A stretch of 60,780 nucleotides of DNA, counting the filler, from Sphacelaria rigidula (Eukaryota): the NCBI GenBank assembly GCA_964200075.2. It is 6 parts of 6 records of this genome, joined end to end, with 100 filler letters (N's around TTAATTAATTAA, not from the genome) between each part and the next. Parts side by side here need not be neighbours in the genome. Positions count along the whole stretch, not along the records: positions 10,149 to 20,195 come from CAXNAA020007254.1; positions 20,296 to 30,342 come from CAXNAA020007255.1; 4 more parts are not named here. One strand, written 5' to 3'. Of the stretch, positions 11,750 through 23,558 are shown piece after piece. Below the pieces are notes generated by a model. The model was not told the origin of the DNA and did no database searches. It saw nothing but the letters and a program-made list of their open reading frames with translations. Made by a program: the position numbers and the translations under genes. Position 1 is the stretch's first letter. Each line of letters opens with the position of its first letter.

Positions 11750-14090
11750 CACAAGGAACAGAGGAAATGTTACGTCTGTAAGTGCGAATTGACGGATGAA
11801 AGAAGTTGTGAAACCGGTTGCTCCAACTGCTGTGATAGGAGGTGATGATAGTCTGATGCTTGTACACCTGCCGCACCTGCAGCGCGCTGGCAGTGGGCAT
11901 GCGCAAACAAGTCATGGGGATGCGCACAAATATCTTGTCTGACCTCTCCGTCGTGGGGAGCATGATCCCATCGTTACCAGCGTCTTCAGGCACACTGCAG
12001 TCCCACTTGATTCGCGAGACACATGATCCCAACCTCGTCACCACTTGGGCGATCGCAGCTCATGCTACCAGGCGCAGGTATAGACGATCGCACAGGCGCT
12101 TCGCACAGGACTGTGGTGGAACCGACACGTACACCTCCACCAACGGCTGAGTCCCGAGTTGAGGGGAGGGCCGAACTCGGGGGTATCACGGCGGACAACA
12201 ACGGCGGGGCTGCAGTGGGTCGTTCGCCGGAGGTTGGAGCTTATCTTCGTGATGTCAGCGACTTGAACCTGTTACGGGGCAGTACCCCCGGCGGCAACGA
12301 CACCGCTCAAGGCTCGTGCATACCGTTCGGAGCGGACGGCACGCGCCCACGCACTGGTCGACTGTCTGCAGCTGGTGGGGGTTAATTTTGGGGGCAGGAC
12401 AGTCAAGGCCATCGGTCTGAGCAGGTGGAGGACATGAGGGGAAGGGTGACGTGCTGTCGCCGAAGAGGGGCAAGCGCAATTCTCTTCCGTGTGGAACGGC
12501 TGCGTATGGGTCTGGGGCCATGCCGAGCAAGACGTGCCCGGGCAAACCCGTTCACTCCGGCGAAGTTTTGCGCTGTGCCTACCACCGACGGCCGCGGTTG
12601 ACATCAAGCACCGTACGTGTCTATTGGCATCTCGCCGATAAAGAGGCTATTGCCGATGCGGCGGAATTTTCGGAGCGGATAAAACTGCAGGGGGCAACGC
12701 CGGAAACACAAGAATTCGAAGGTTGGGTCCCAAGCTACGAATGCCTGTGTACCGCGCCAGATGATGTCTACGCTCTCAGCGAGAGGGACAAGAAGAGAGG
12801 ACGCACTGCGGCGGCCATGTGCGTTCGTTGCGGACTGATGGATACTAAGGGGGCCAGAGACCCGGGCCGCCCGAATCATGGAAGCATGCTTCCGATAGAG
12901 CGCTGCGAGCAGGACGTACTTTGCCGGAGGCAGCGCGAAGTTCGACCCCAGCAGAGTCATCCGCAATGCCCGGTACGTCGAATCCCGCGATAAACGAGAA
13001 GCCATGCTGAGCCGCTGATTAAAGCTGCTGAATAAGTCGGCAGAAAACCGGCCACCACCGCTTCACACCGCATGTTCGATGCCAGCTCAGAAGATAAAAT
13101 AATCGAGAGGCAAAGAGTGTCAGCCTTACCTCGGCGCGCACAAGAATAGGGACGATATTACCGTACCTACCTGCAAATACTTCATGGAGCATGGTGATGC
13201 AAAAGGGCACGAGGGAGACACGATCTTCGCCTTCAGTGGAACATCTTGGCCTCACGGAGCTGCGGATATTGTCTCACTTCGCCGATCCCACTGGAATGGA
13301 AGCCGCGGTTGCACATAACAGCCCGTCGGGCGATGCCATAATCGCTGCCGCATCATCTGCTGAAGACGTCCCGCCGGAGCTGAGGGAGATGAGGGGAAGT
13401 GCATGCCTGCCGGGGGTGGCCTCTCCCGCCGCCCCCGTTGGTTGCAGCACGAGAGTAACACGGGGGATAAGTGCGATGGCCGGCAGTGTGGGCACAACCG
13501 CTTGCAGACCCCGTGTGTAAGGCGCGCGCAGTGTCAATGTGCCTCCGTCGTTCGTCACAAGCGACACGGGTCATGGGTGCCCCGATGGCGAGGTTGGCGT
13601 TATACCGGCGGCGGGAGCGCATGTCACTCGCATGCCACTGTAACTGCGGCGGCAGGCGCGGGGAGCAGCCGGCAAATTGCGGGTAGGGAGGCTTGACCTA
13701 GCAGCTGTGGTAGTCGCCATATTGTATGTGCGAAGTGATTACTTGTATGACATGTAAACCGGTGACGAAGCCAGTACAGGAGCAGGTTCAACCGTGGACT
13801 GCTCGAGAGGCCCGAAACTCTCATGTCTGTACAGTCGAATTTCCGGGACCCTAGGCAATAGTTCTCAACGGTGCAAGAGCTCCACATAACAAGAGCCACG
13901 GTTGAGCCCTGGGGAGTCAGAACTCCAACGGCCCAACGCACAACAGAACACGAAGAACTATTTTGTACCCGACGTAGATTGAAGTTGACTTCAAGAGCCT
14001 GATGAATCCTTGCCCGAATACAAGAGAGGAAATCATCGTCTAGCCTTGACGGCTGCTGCCGTCACCGTAGGTCACGCTAGTTTTACAATG
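11750..14090 (+). mobile_element. Decayed coding-like transposon region; its 3' ~390 bp (13705-14090) is homologous to 17105-17480
   Basis: GC-rich, broken ORFs without splice structure; shared block GAAGCCAGTACAGGAGCAGG...TGGACTGCTCGAGAGGCCCG...GGAAATCATCGTCTAGCCTTGAC. Confidence 0.5.
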
Positions 14091-15248
14091 GCGCCACCAG
14101 TCGGACCGAGTTTACGTGCGCAAAGCACCCGAAGTACAGAGTAACAATAATGGTGACACCACCTATTACAACCGAGGCGCTTATGTCGAGCAATAACAAA
14201 AATAAGTTGCCCGGACGCCAGGGCCCTTCAAGGAACGCAGCAGCAGGTGAAACGTATTAGCCTTGTGCACAATGATTTGAGTCGAGAGGTTGTAGGGGTG
14301 ACGGGTTTGGGACAGCGCGAAATTATCCTCTTCAGTGTGCAAAACATGTCACCTGCATGGCTAGCCAAATAGCGAAACCGCACTCACCAACCCACGCCTC
14401 ACCACCATAGTACATGGGGCACGGCAATCAATCAGGTAGACTGACCTCTGGAAACGTGGTGACTCGAAATAGCACTGATAAAGATACTACCCAACCTGCG
14501 AATGCAAAAAAACGTGTCGTACCCTACCGTTTAGCAAGCGAAATAAGGTGTAATGGACGGTCTTGCCGCATCTCACAGCTCATAAATTGAGAGGAGCTGC
14601 GAAGTGTGGACAGTTCAATATTTCACACCTGAGGGCGCATGCAACGAAGAAGAGCTGTATGGTTGGAAAATCTCACCGTACCCAACGACTTCCAAAATGA
14701 AGAGAGGGTACAAACAGTTCGATAGCACCCAATAGTCGAAAGAATGAAGAAGAGGTGTGGAAGTCATAGCCAAGTATGGTAAACTCTGGCACCGAAACAA
14801 TAGTGTTAACCGTCTGGTGGACAGGATCAGAAAGAAGCGTCAATTTTCTAGCCCAACAGTACAGTAACTCCTCCGCTGAGGCACCAAAACAGCCCCCCGT
14901 TGTGACGTGAAAGTAGATACTAGAATCAAGCAGAAGCTGAGCAGGAGTAACACAGGTAGAAAAGTAAGGAGTGCGGTGTGTAATATAACCAATCTTCGTG
15001 CTTGGAGTTAGTTCTTAAGCAGCCTCTGTAACAGCCGTGAAAAAGCGACAAACCAAATACTGATCCAAAATCGACGAAAATGAAGCTCAACTCGTGGAGA
15101 CTCACATCACGTTACTTGTTGCGTGGTACCCCAAGGAACCGGTGATGTTACATTCCACGTTGACACATGTTCAACCTGCCGCCAGAGCAAACGACGAAGC
15201 CGTCGGCAGGGGCCATAGATTTCAAATGGGATTTGCCCACAATAAGTC

Positions 15249-15354
15249 TCAACCCTTGGCCCGCGGGGGTAGTCCATGTGGATCATGCATACGTTTTTCA
15301 CGTGAAATTGATGCCGATTCTCCAGGTGATCTACTTTCGCGGTCGAAGGGTTAA
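15249..15354. mobile_element. piggyBac-type MITE family A copy
   Basis: TCAA-CCCTTGG...TTGATGCCGATTC...CGAAGGG-TTAA. Confidence 0.7.
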
Positions 15355-15479
15355 AGATCACCCGGTCACATCTTCTTTGAATGTAGCACCTGGATATTTG
15401 GATCTGGATCTTTGAATTCGACGAATGACGACTCAACACCGAGAAGTGCGGACCATTCACCCTCCACCAATGAAATGTT

Positions 15480-16230
15480 GGCTTTATCCGTTTGACCTGG
15501 CAATACGGTAGGAGAGAAAACCCTACTGACTCGGAGGCATGTCCAAGCGCTTAAAGCAGCGGGGGTCTTGGTCCCTGAAGTCCTCGACACCTTAGTTGGG
15601 ACACAAATACCAAGTAACTGATACACACACTGTCAGCGGATGGTATCGAAAGAGGATAGAACAAAACTAATCAACATAACAAGCAGTTAAGTTCAGTGCT
15701 TAGCACAATCAAGTTCGACTTTGTGAGAAAATGAGTACCAAACTTGGCGGAAGTAATTACGCCGTTGGAGGGTCTTCCAAGATCGAAGAGGCAGCCAAAC
15801 AAGTGATTGCTAAACGTTAGAAGTCTGAACATGACGCAGCCTTTGCAGAAGCATAACGGCTTTTTACGAGCGCTCTGGTATGCCATTTACCAGCATTTTC
15901 AAAACCATCCAAGTAGATGCGTCAGAGGCAGAGGCAGGCTCGATTTCGATCCAATAGAAGGCGACGAGGTGCGATCATAGCCTACTTCAGCCACGTTTTA
16001 ACCGTGCTCAGCGGTGGTACTCTTGTGACATTCAAGCAATGTTATGCGGGTGTAGAAACGACACACCCAGGCGCTCCTGTTTGTGGGGTCAACATTCTAT
16101 ACTCGAGTGACGGATCATGCCACACTGAAATATCTGCATAAGATGTAGGTCACAGAGCAATATGTTGACTAGGTCGCCAACTGCACTTTACGTATTTACA
16201 GTGCAGCATAAACCGTAAAAATAAAATAAA
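15480..16230 (+). mobile_element. Degenerate Ty3/gypsy pol remnant (RT thumb and RNase H)
   Basis: Frameshifted motifs KQLSSVL..FVRK.VPNLAEVITPL, EHDAAFAEA, VDASEA, IIAYFS..FNRAQRWYS, VTDHATLKYL, SNMLTR..FTVQHKP. Confidence 0.75.
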
Positions 16231-17104
16231 AAATGTTGAAACTTGAGCGGCAAAAAGAAGACGGAGCCAAACCCCCGCTCGCACCAATCTGTACGCGCTG
16301 CACACAACGAAATCACACCAGCTGTTCCAAATTTCAGCGGGGGAACTCGACAACTTGAAAACCTGAGCGGGGTGAGAGAATCACCCACCGTCAAGTCAAC
16401 GCCCACGCAAGCGCAACAAAAAATTGCGTGACTGACGGCAAGCAGAAATGGCGATCTAAGCAACCAAGGAATATGGCTCACACACTCAATATTTTTTTGA
16501 TGACAATGAACTAGTAATACTGGAAAGAGAAATGTGGATTTTCATGTCCTACGGCACCGGTGAAGAGACACTTCGTCTGAGAACCAAGCTCTTATCAGCA
16601 AATGGGGACTCTACTGACAAGGATAGCCGTAAAAGCTCTTTTGACTCCGAGTAACATACTCCGACGATAAAAAGTCACATATGAACCACTGTCCGACTGA
16701 TATTAATCCGTCCCTGGTTACTATGTACCGCGGCAGCCGCCACAGGTTTCACCCCATCGAAAAGTCACGAGCGGACCTTATACCAGTCGACCATTTCATA
16801 CGGTGATATCTGCAGATCGTTGATCCGATGCCAAGTCACCGGACATAACTTGCGTAAATAATCGAGGAAACGCAGAGTTTCCCCAAACATTTTTACATGA
16901 GCCTGTAGAGGGACGTCGATAAAATTGGTGGGTTGGTATTTTTTTAACACCCAGTATGGAGGATATGACGCGTTTGACTGCAGGCCATCACAGAAGTCTA
17001 TCAGAAACGCATACAAAATAGACTCCTAGCAATATCACTCTCTCGAATGTCCGCCACGATCTCTTGAAGAGGGACTCCAGACGCATCAAGGGGGGGGGTG
17101 ATGT

Positions 17105-18700
17105 AGAGGTCGCCATATTGCATGCGCGGGGTGACTACTTGTATGGAATGTAAACCGGTAAAGAAGCCAGTACAGGAGCAGGTGCAACTGTGGACTGCTC
17201 GAGAGGCCCGGAGCTTTCATGTTTGTACAGCCGAATTTCCGGAACGCTAAGCAACAGCTATCAGCGGTGCAAGAGCTCCACACAACAAGAGCCACCGTCG
17301 AACCCTTGGGAGTTAGAACTCGAATTGTCCATAACACAGCGGAGCACAACGAATTATTCTGTGCCCGGCGCAGGTTGCAGTTGACTCCAAGAGCCTAATT
17401 AATCCTTGCCAAAATAACAAGAAAGGAAATCATCGTCTAGCCTTGACAGTTGCTGCCGTCACCGGAAGTCACCCTAGTTTCACACGACGGCGATTTGGAG
17501 CGTTGGCGAAGCCCCGCAGGCACGGCCGCTGTCTGCCAGAAGCGGAGATGTGAGGGGGATGTCGGCGGGAGGAAGTACTGCCAGTCATGCCTGTCGCGCA
17601 CCGGACAGAGGTTGGTTGGGGGGATGGTAAACGGCAAGTTTTGCCTGGGCCTCACACCAGAGAGAGGGAGAACTTGACCACGTACATGATTGCCCACTAC
17701 GCGCCGTATGCGACGGTTGGACTCCTGCGGAAGTGGATGATGACCTCCATAGACACCGATCAGGCCATGCACATTATATTGGCGATGGCGATTGGTGCCA
17801 TCCCATGGAGGGGTCCCGGGAAGTTTGACGTTCAGGTGCACCGAAAGGGCAGGGGGGGTGGACTTCGTCCTGCTCAACAGAGTATTTGAAGAAACATAAG
17901 ATGCAGACAAATGGGCGGCGGGTGCGACCGCCGCCGGTGGGGCCGCACCCGCATGGCCGTCCAATGCCACCAAGGGCGTGCTCTTTGCTGCTCTGTACTT
18001 CCTCTCTGGGTGTGATTTCCTTCCGGCGATGGATAGTATGAGCTTCAAAACAATACTCCACCACGTCAAGATAACAATGGCGATGCCTCGCCTCTTTGAC
18101 AAACCCATTGTGTATTTCAGAGACGGCAGATAGCGGGTCGACACGGAAGGCGCTGTCCAGATGCTGTGCTTGTGTTGCTTCGAGGAGCGTGCGGGTGTCT
18201 CCGGGACTATTTTCCCGTGTGGTGCCGCAAACCTGTGCGCGGCCAACGAGGTTGAGATGGACGCCGGGAAATATTGCCCACCTTGTCCAGGGTATCATCT
18301 GGACAGCAAATTGCGCGATGGGCAATGAACAACTACCCGACGTGGGATGCGCTGGAGTTGCATGTGAAGAGGTCCGTCGCCGACGAGGGCCGAAATGCGA
18401 AATTTCGCACAACTGTACGAGGCGCGGATATGCTATAGCGAGATAGCGAGATATTTTGCGGGGCACAAAATACTGAATAGGATGCTTCCACATGCTTAAC
18501 GTGACACTCCAACCTCCGTGAGATTTTCTGCGCGAGAAGTGCTGGACTGGTGTCGCTGTGGAACAAAAACCTGCGAGAAGCGGTAACTTGGTCTTCGAAT
18601 GTCAGTGCTTATGGGGCGGACGGTGCGCTGATGTTTTTGTGAAACTATGAATGTGCGAGGGGGAAGTTCACCGTGCAGCCAGTATGTCAATGTCGAACCG
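17105..18700 (+). mobile_element. Decayed AcademX-like DNA transposon ORF: XPG/FEN1-type nuclease (PIN + H3TH) and C-terminal Cys-rich motif
   Basis: In order across frameshifts: SIDTDQAMHIILA (~17750), AALYFLSGCDFLP (~18010), PTWDALELHVKR (~18340), ECQC..GGRC..C..CQC (~18600-18690). Confidence 0.6.
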
Positions 18701-18990
18701 AACTTCGGGTAGAAATTGTCAGGAGTGATCTTGGCCAAGATTACACGGTAGGGCCAACACCTGCCACTGAGGGAGTCATGTGAATTTGCAACTCGGGCAG
18801 ATACTTTGCACCACTTCGCGCGCCATGTCTGCCGCCTGGTGGTGACCTGGCGACGTAGGGGTCGCCTGGAAGGAAGGGGCTGTACGTTCGTTCTATCTGC
18901 GCTGTGGCCGACACGAGCCCATGGCCACGATAAACAGCACAGTACCACTTGCGCGACGAAGGCGTGATCCGTGTTGTTTCACGTGTGGGC

Positions 18991-19257
18991 AATGCTACGG
19001 TAGGGGTGGTACTTTTTTAGCGAAAACGTTTCTCGGGGTTGCTCGGGGTGTTGGACGGATCATTTTGAGAATCGGCATCATTTATACTCGAACAAGACTG
19101 TAAATGATGCCGATTGACGAAAAGATCTCGATGTGCAAAGACCATGTTTCTGGGAGTCCGGTCCCTGGAGATTTGGGTTGCACAGTAAGACCCGTTCATT
19201 TGGGTTTCTACAAAAAAGAGGCCCAGAAACAAAAAGTGCAACCCCTACCGTAGCATT
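18991..19257. mobile_element. MITE with 17-bp perfect TIR
   Basis: AATGCTACGGTAGGGGT...ACCCCTACCGTAGCATT; same end motif also near 10000. Confidence 0.75.
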
Positions 19258-19589
19258 GTTCGTATGCTTTCCGCGCCAGAGCTTTCACATCGGGTTGCCG
19301 CGAGCAAAAACCCCATCTATTCGTTCACATTCCTTATTTATTCTGAATGGAGCCATACTTTCATCCCCGTAGGCTTCGGAAGGCGCAGACGAGCCCTTTC
19401 GACAGCCGCATGGACACGGTTTCATGTCGATCGGCATGAACGACCCTTGGCGAACACGAGTCATGAACGCTTACGCGCGTTTTTCTCGAGACGATGTTCG
19501 TGCCGATTCCGCACTGTTGTGCGGATTTTCCCAATTTCGTTTCCATGAACACCGCCCGTCAAACAAGGTCGATCGGCATCAATGAATCT

Positions 19590-20195
19590 CGCACACGTCG
19601 GACAGCTCATGAGCTACCCAAACATCACTTCTTGATAGTATATTGATCCGGATCATGATCTAGAACATTTGGCCCCTTTTCCCACATTTGCTCCCTGCAG
19701 CGCTGGACACCGAGTACGCGGAGAAGGGCGCAATGGTAGCGCTTTGGCTTCTCGGACCCCGATGTCACTTATCTTGTGCTCTTGGACAACGGATTTGAGA
19801 GTCTTCTTCACGGTTAGGACGACTCAACTCGTGATTCAACTCATATTCATCATTTCAACGAATAAATCATACTATTCGTACATCATTTGTTGTTCATACA
19901 GCTCCTCAGCTCGTGCGTGGTGCAGCATATCCCGGAGGTACCTGCTTCCGACCTTCCATGAATACTGGGGTAAATTATGGGCACACAGTCAACCCTGCAC
20001 TGCAAATTTGGATGCATCGATTGTACATGTCACGCACTTCTCACGATCATGTGTCGGGGACGTCATGTACAACTTGCTTGATCAAGTCGTTCGAGGTGAG
20101 CGCCCACACATTTTTCCCACCTTCGGGCTAATGCGGGACCAACAAGTTGTACAGGTTGAACCTTCACTTCCGATGGGCCCTGAGCCCCCCGTTAT
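19590..20195. mobile_element. End of a longer element related to the MITE at 39953-40230, truncated by the contig end
   Basis: CACACGTCGGACAGCTCATGAGCTAC terminus and GAAGCCAAAGCG-containing internal block shared in reverse complement. Confidence 0.55.
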
Positions 20196-20295
20196 NNNNN
20201 NNNNNNNNNNNNNNNNNNNNNNNNNNNNNNNNNNNNNNNTTAATTAATTAANNNNNNNNNNNNNNNNNNNNNNNNNNNNNNNNNNNNNNNNNNNN
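20196..20295. other. Artificial contig linker
   Basis: N44-TTAATTAATTAA-N44. Confidence 0.98.
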
Positions 20296-21264
20296 GGCGA
20301 GTCGCATGAAGGGTGAGCTGCATCCTGCTAAGATCGTGCGGCCCGAAGCCTACTGATTATCTTGCATTTGGATGACAGCCTACAATGAGTTGCTTTATTT
20401 TCTGATATCATCACTACCACTGCCAGAGACAGCCATGGCTTTTACACTGCCTCATGGGTGTCTAACAAAAGGGGGGGGGGGAAGGATAGCTCTGACAGAC
20501 GCCAGACCGTGCGGTGGGAATGTACGTCACGAGTGATACTGGAGAAGACTTTTGGTGTGTGTGTGTGCCCATCACCCACTCGTAGGCGGTGCGTTGTTGG
20601 GTTGATACTATGCTTGATGCCAGGTGAGCGGTTGCAGTTAACGTCGCCCGAGAAAACAGAGCTTTTCTTTTTCGATGCGATACTTGCGACCCCTTCCCTT
20701 TCTCGGAGACGAGTCCGTCGTCCGGAGGAACCAACTCTTTCCACCACTGGTACACATATAGGACACACACATACGCATAAGGTAAGATCTTTGGGGCGCA
20801 CGAGCGCGCAGCGATTGTCGTCAGGAGGCGTCCACGCGAATTATGCTGGAAATAGTGTGCAAGTTCCTCCGCGGCCGCGTCGGAGGATGACTGTTCGAGC
20901 GAATGCCAATGCTAGGGGTCCCATGCGCGGAGTCGTTCCGCGTGGTTTGTACTATATTTCAACTACGGTAATATTGTGAAAGTTTATGATCATCGACGAG
21001 CATCGGTCAACCGATTATCATTAAACGGATCATGCGTCGATGAGAAATTCCTGTGGTTGCGGCCACACAGCGCGTGGGGTTCAACCGTCGTGTCATGGCA
21101 GTTTTTGCCGTCGAAACCCGTCGACATCGTCAGCGCACATGGAATCGAAGCGGGCGGTTCTGCGAGGGCATGGGCAACGCGCAACGCAACGATAACCCCT
21201 CTTCGCAAGTCCCGTCAAATTTCCCTCACGTCCGTATCTCTTATGTAAATATAGAGCGGGTGCA

Positions 21265-21800
21265 GCAAAATTTTGAGCGGGTGAACAGAGATGGTCTGTC
21301 ATGAGCCGAAACCGTAATTGTACAGTTCGTTACATACTGAACCAAACCCGGATCATACTCAAGAACACCGGCGGATCATACCTACGCCCTACTCCGTCAC
21401 AACATCAACTCTCAAGAACCACAACCACACACGGCATGCTCAGCTTTGCCCCAATCAAGAAAGAGGAGAAGCGCTCGAAAGACGAGAGAGGATCACCCTC
21501 GAGCGGTGATAACCAGCCGCAACGTCGGAAGCGAAAGTTTGAGCGGGCGCACGGAGATGGTCTGGCGTGAGCTGAAACTGTGATTATCCAGTGTATTACA
21601 TGCTGAGCAACACTAACATCATACTCGATAACACCAGCGAGTCATGCCTATACCCTACTTCGTCACAACATCATATCTCCTCAAGAACCACAAAAACATA
21701 CGATATGTTCAGCTTTTTCCAAACCGAGAAACAGAAGATGCGCTCAAAAGACGAGAGAGAATCACCCTCGAGCGGTGGTCATCAGCCGCAGCGTCGGGCG
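21265..21800. repeat. Diverged tandem duplication of a ~270 bp unit
   Basis: Two units TTTGAGCGGG..GAGATGGTCTG...AAAGACGAGAGAG.ATCACCCTCGAGCGGTG..CAGCCGCA.CGTCGG. Confidence 0.75.
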
Positions 21801-22120
21801 CGCGCTTGCGCCATCCATCGTGCACTGGCACGGTCATCGAAAAGCATGCAAGGACTAACCCCAACTCGAACCATAACCATAGGGATGTTCAAATTCCGAT
21901 GCGTTTCCCTGAGCACGCGGTCCTCTCACGTATCGCAGGGAGATGAGTCTCTCGTGAACCCGGTAAGTTTTTAGGTACTATTTTGCAATATAAATTTAGA
22001 GTGGGTGCAGCGTTCGCCGTTCTCATGTTATTACATCGTTCGCCGTTATCATCATAAAGAGGTGTATAACAGAAAAACAGGTTTGCGTTTCAAAGCGTTT
22101 CAAATGTAAACTGAATTATT

Positions 22121-22745
22121 GGCTAGGCCAACTCTAATGGGAGCCGTTCAAAATTCCTGTAGAAAACTGCCTTTTGGGCCCTCCTCCATCGATTTACGCC
22201 CGAAAAGAGGGCTTGGCGGACGTTGACGCCTTGGAATGACTTGCTGTACACGTTGAGGCCGTTCTAGGGCAACTTTGCATTTCCCGCTGGCCGCACTTTT
22301 GTTTCTGGCCAAATGAGGCCAAGCACGGATTTTCAGTTGAAAACGGTTAGGTGATCAAAATTTCCCGCTGTTTTTCGATCGCTTGACCGTTTTTTGTTGA
22401 AAGTCCGTGTTCGGCAAAAACTGAAAGTGCGGCCAGCGGGAAATGCAAAGTTTCCCTGAAACGGCCTCAATGAACAGAGCAAGTCATTCCGAGGCGTCAA
22501 CGTCCGCCTAGCCCTCTTTTCAGGCGTAAAACGGCGAAGAAGGGTCAAAAAGGCCGTTTTAACCCTTTGGGAACAAGACCCCCAGGGAGTGCTGATTTTT
22601 GTTTTGGTGAATCGGTATCATTTCCAGTCATTTTCAAGTCAAATGATGCCGATTCACAAAGATTCACAAAACAAGAATCAGCACTTGAGTTCCCAAAGGG
22701 TTAAACAGGAATTTTGAACGGCTCCCATTAGAGTCGGTTTTAGCC
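22121..22745. mobile_element. Foldback element with long inverted arms, containing a nested TTAA MITE
   Basis: ACTCTAATGGGAGCCGTTCAAAATTCCTGT / ACAGGAATTTTGAACGGCTCCCATTAGAGT; inner arms TTTGCATTTCCCGCTGGCCGCACTTT / AAAGTGCGGCCAGCGGGAAATGCAAA. Confidence 0.8.
22559..22704. mobile_element. piggyBac-type MITE family B
   Basis: TTAA-CCCTTTGGGAAC...GTTCCCAAAGGG-TTAA; related copy at 48289. Confidence 0.8.
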
Positions 22746-23146
22746 ATAAAACCGCAGTAATACAGTGCATAGTACTACATGCTCTTCCCGCGACTAGGCG
22801 CTTTTTTCTCCCGCCCATATTCAGTGTTGAGCCAAAAGAAAAAAAAAAGTCAAATAATGTACGCCGATTGTCGCATACAAGAACCATTGTATAAATTACC
22901 AGCTTGGACCATCCTCAAGGTGCCCCAGAGGGACGAACTATAGCCCAACGCACGGCATATCTGAAAAGCTATGTTCAAGGCTGGATCGTCGGCACACGTT
23001 GCAGGCCGAGAACGTGACGACATCCCGCGTTCGGTGGTGTGCATGGTGTTGCTCGATGCGGGTCCCTTGCGGGCCCCATTGTACGACGATAGGTGGCGAC
23101 CACACTTGGTGTTCCAGGTCATTACCGCGCCCAGGGCGTAGTATAT

Positions 23147-23558
23147 AACACAGGATCTTACAAATTGGGGATGGATCTTTTATTGGGGATGAGAAACCCG
23201 GAGAAATAAATTATTCGTATCCATACCAAATCTTCGAAATATGGTTCCATTTCTTCACCTACTAATAACTATTGACAACTGCCACACGCCATAGAAGTTT
23301 GAATTTTGATCACCGCAATATTGGGGTCGTAGGTGAAAAACCAATTTCGGAACCATTTTGGCGTCCGTTCGGACACCCGGAATTCCCCAAAGTTGGTTTT
23401 TCACCTACGACCCCAACATTTCGATATTCGAAATCCAAATTTCTATGGCGTGTAGCAGTTGTCAATAGCTATCAGTAGTGTGGTTACGAAGTTTTTAGTT
23501 CTCCAGGTTCCTAATCCCCAACAAAAAATCCATCCCCCAATTTGTAAGATCCCGTGTT
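23147..23558. mobile_element. Foldback MITE family F copy
   Basis: AACACAGGATCTTACAAATTGGGGATGGAT...ATCCATCCCCAATTTGTAAGATCCCGTGTT. Confidence 0.85.

Noticed and set aside
17437-18493. Long minus-strand ORFs (269 and 239 aa)
   Set aside because: Antisense shadows of the decayed plus-strand nuclease ORF; no motifs.
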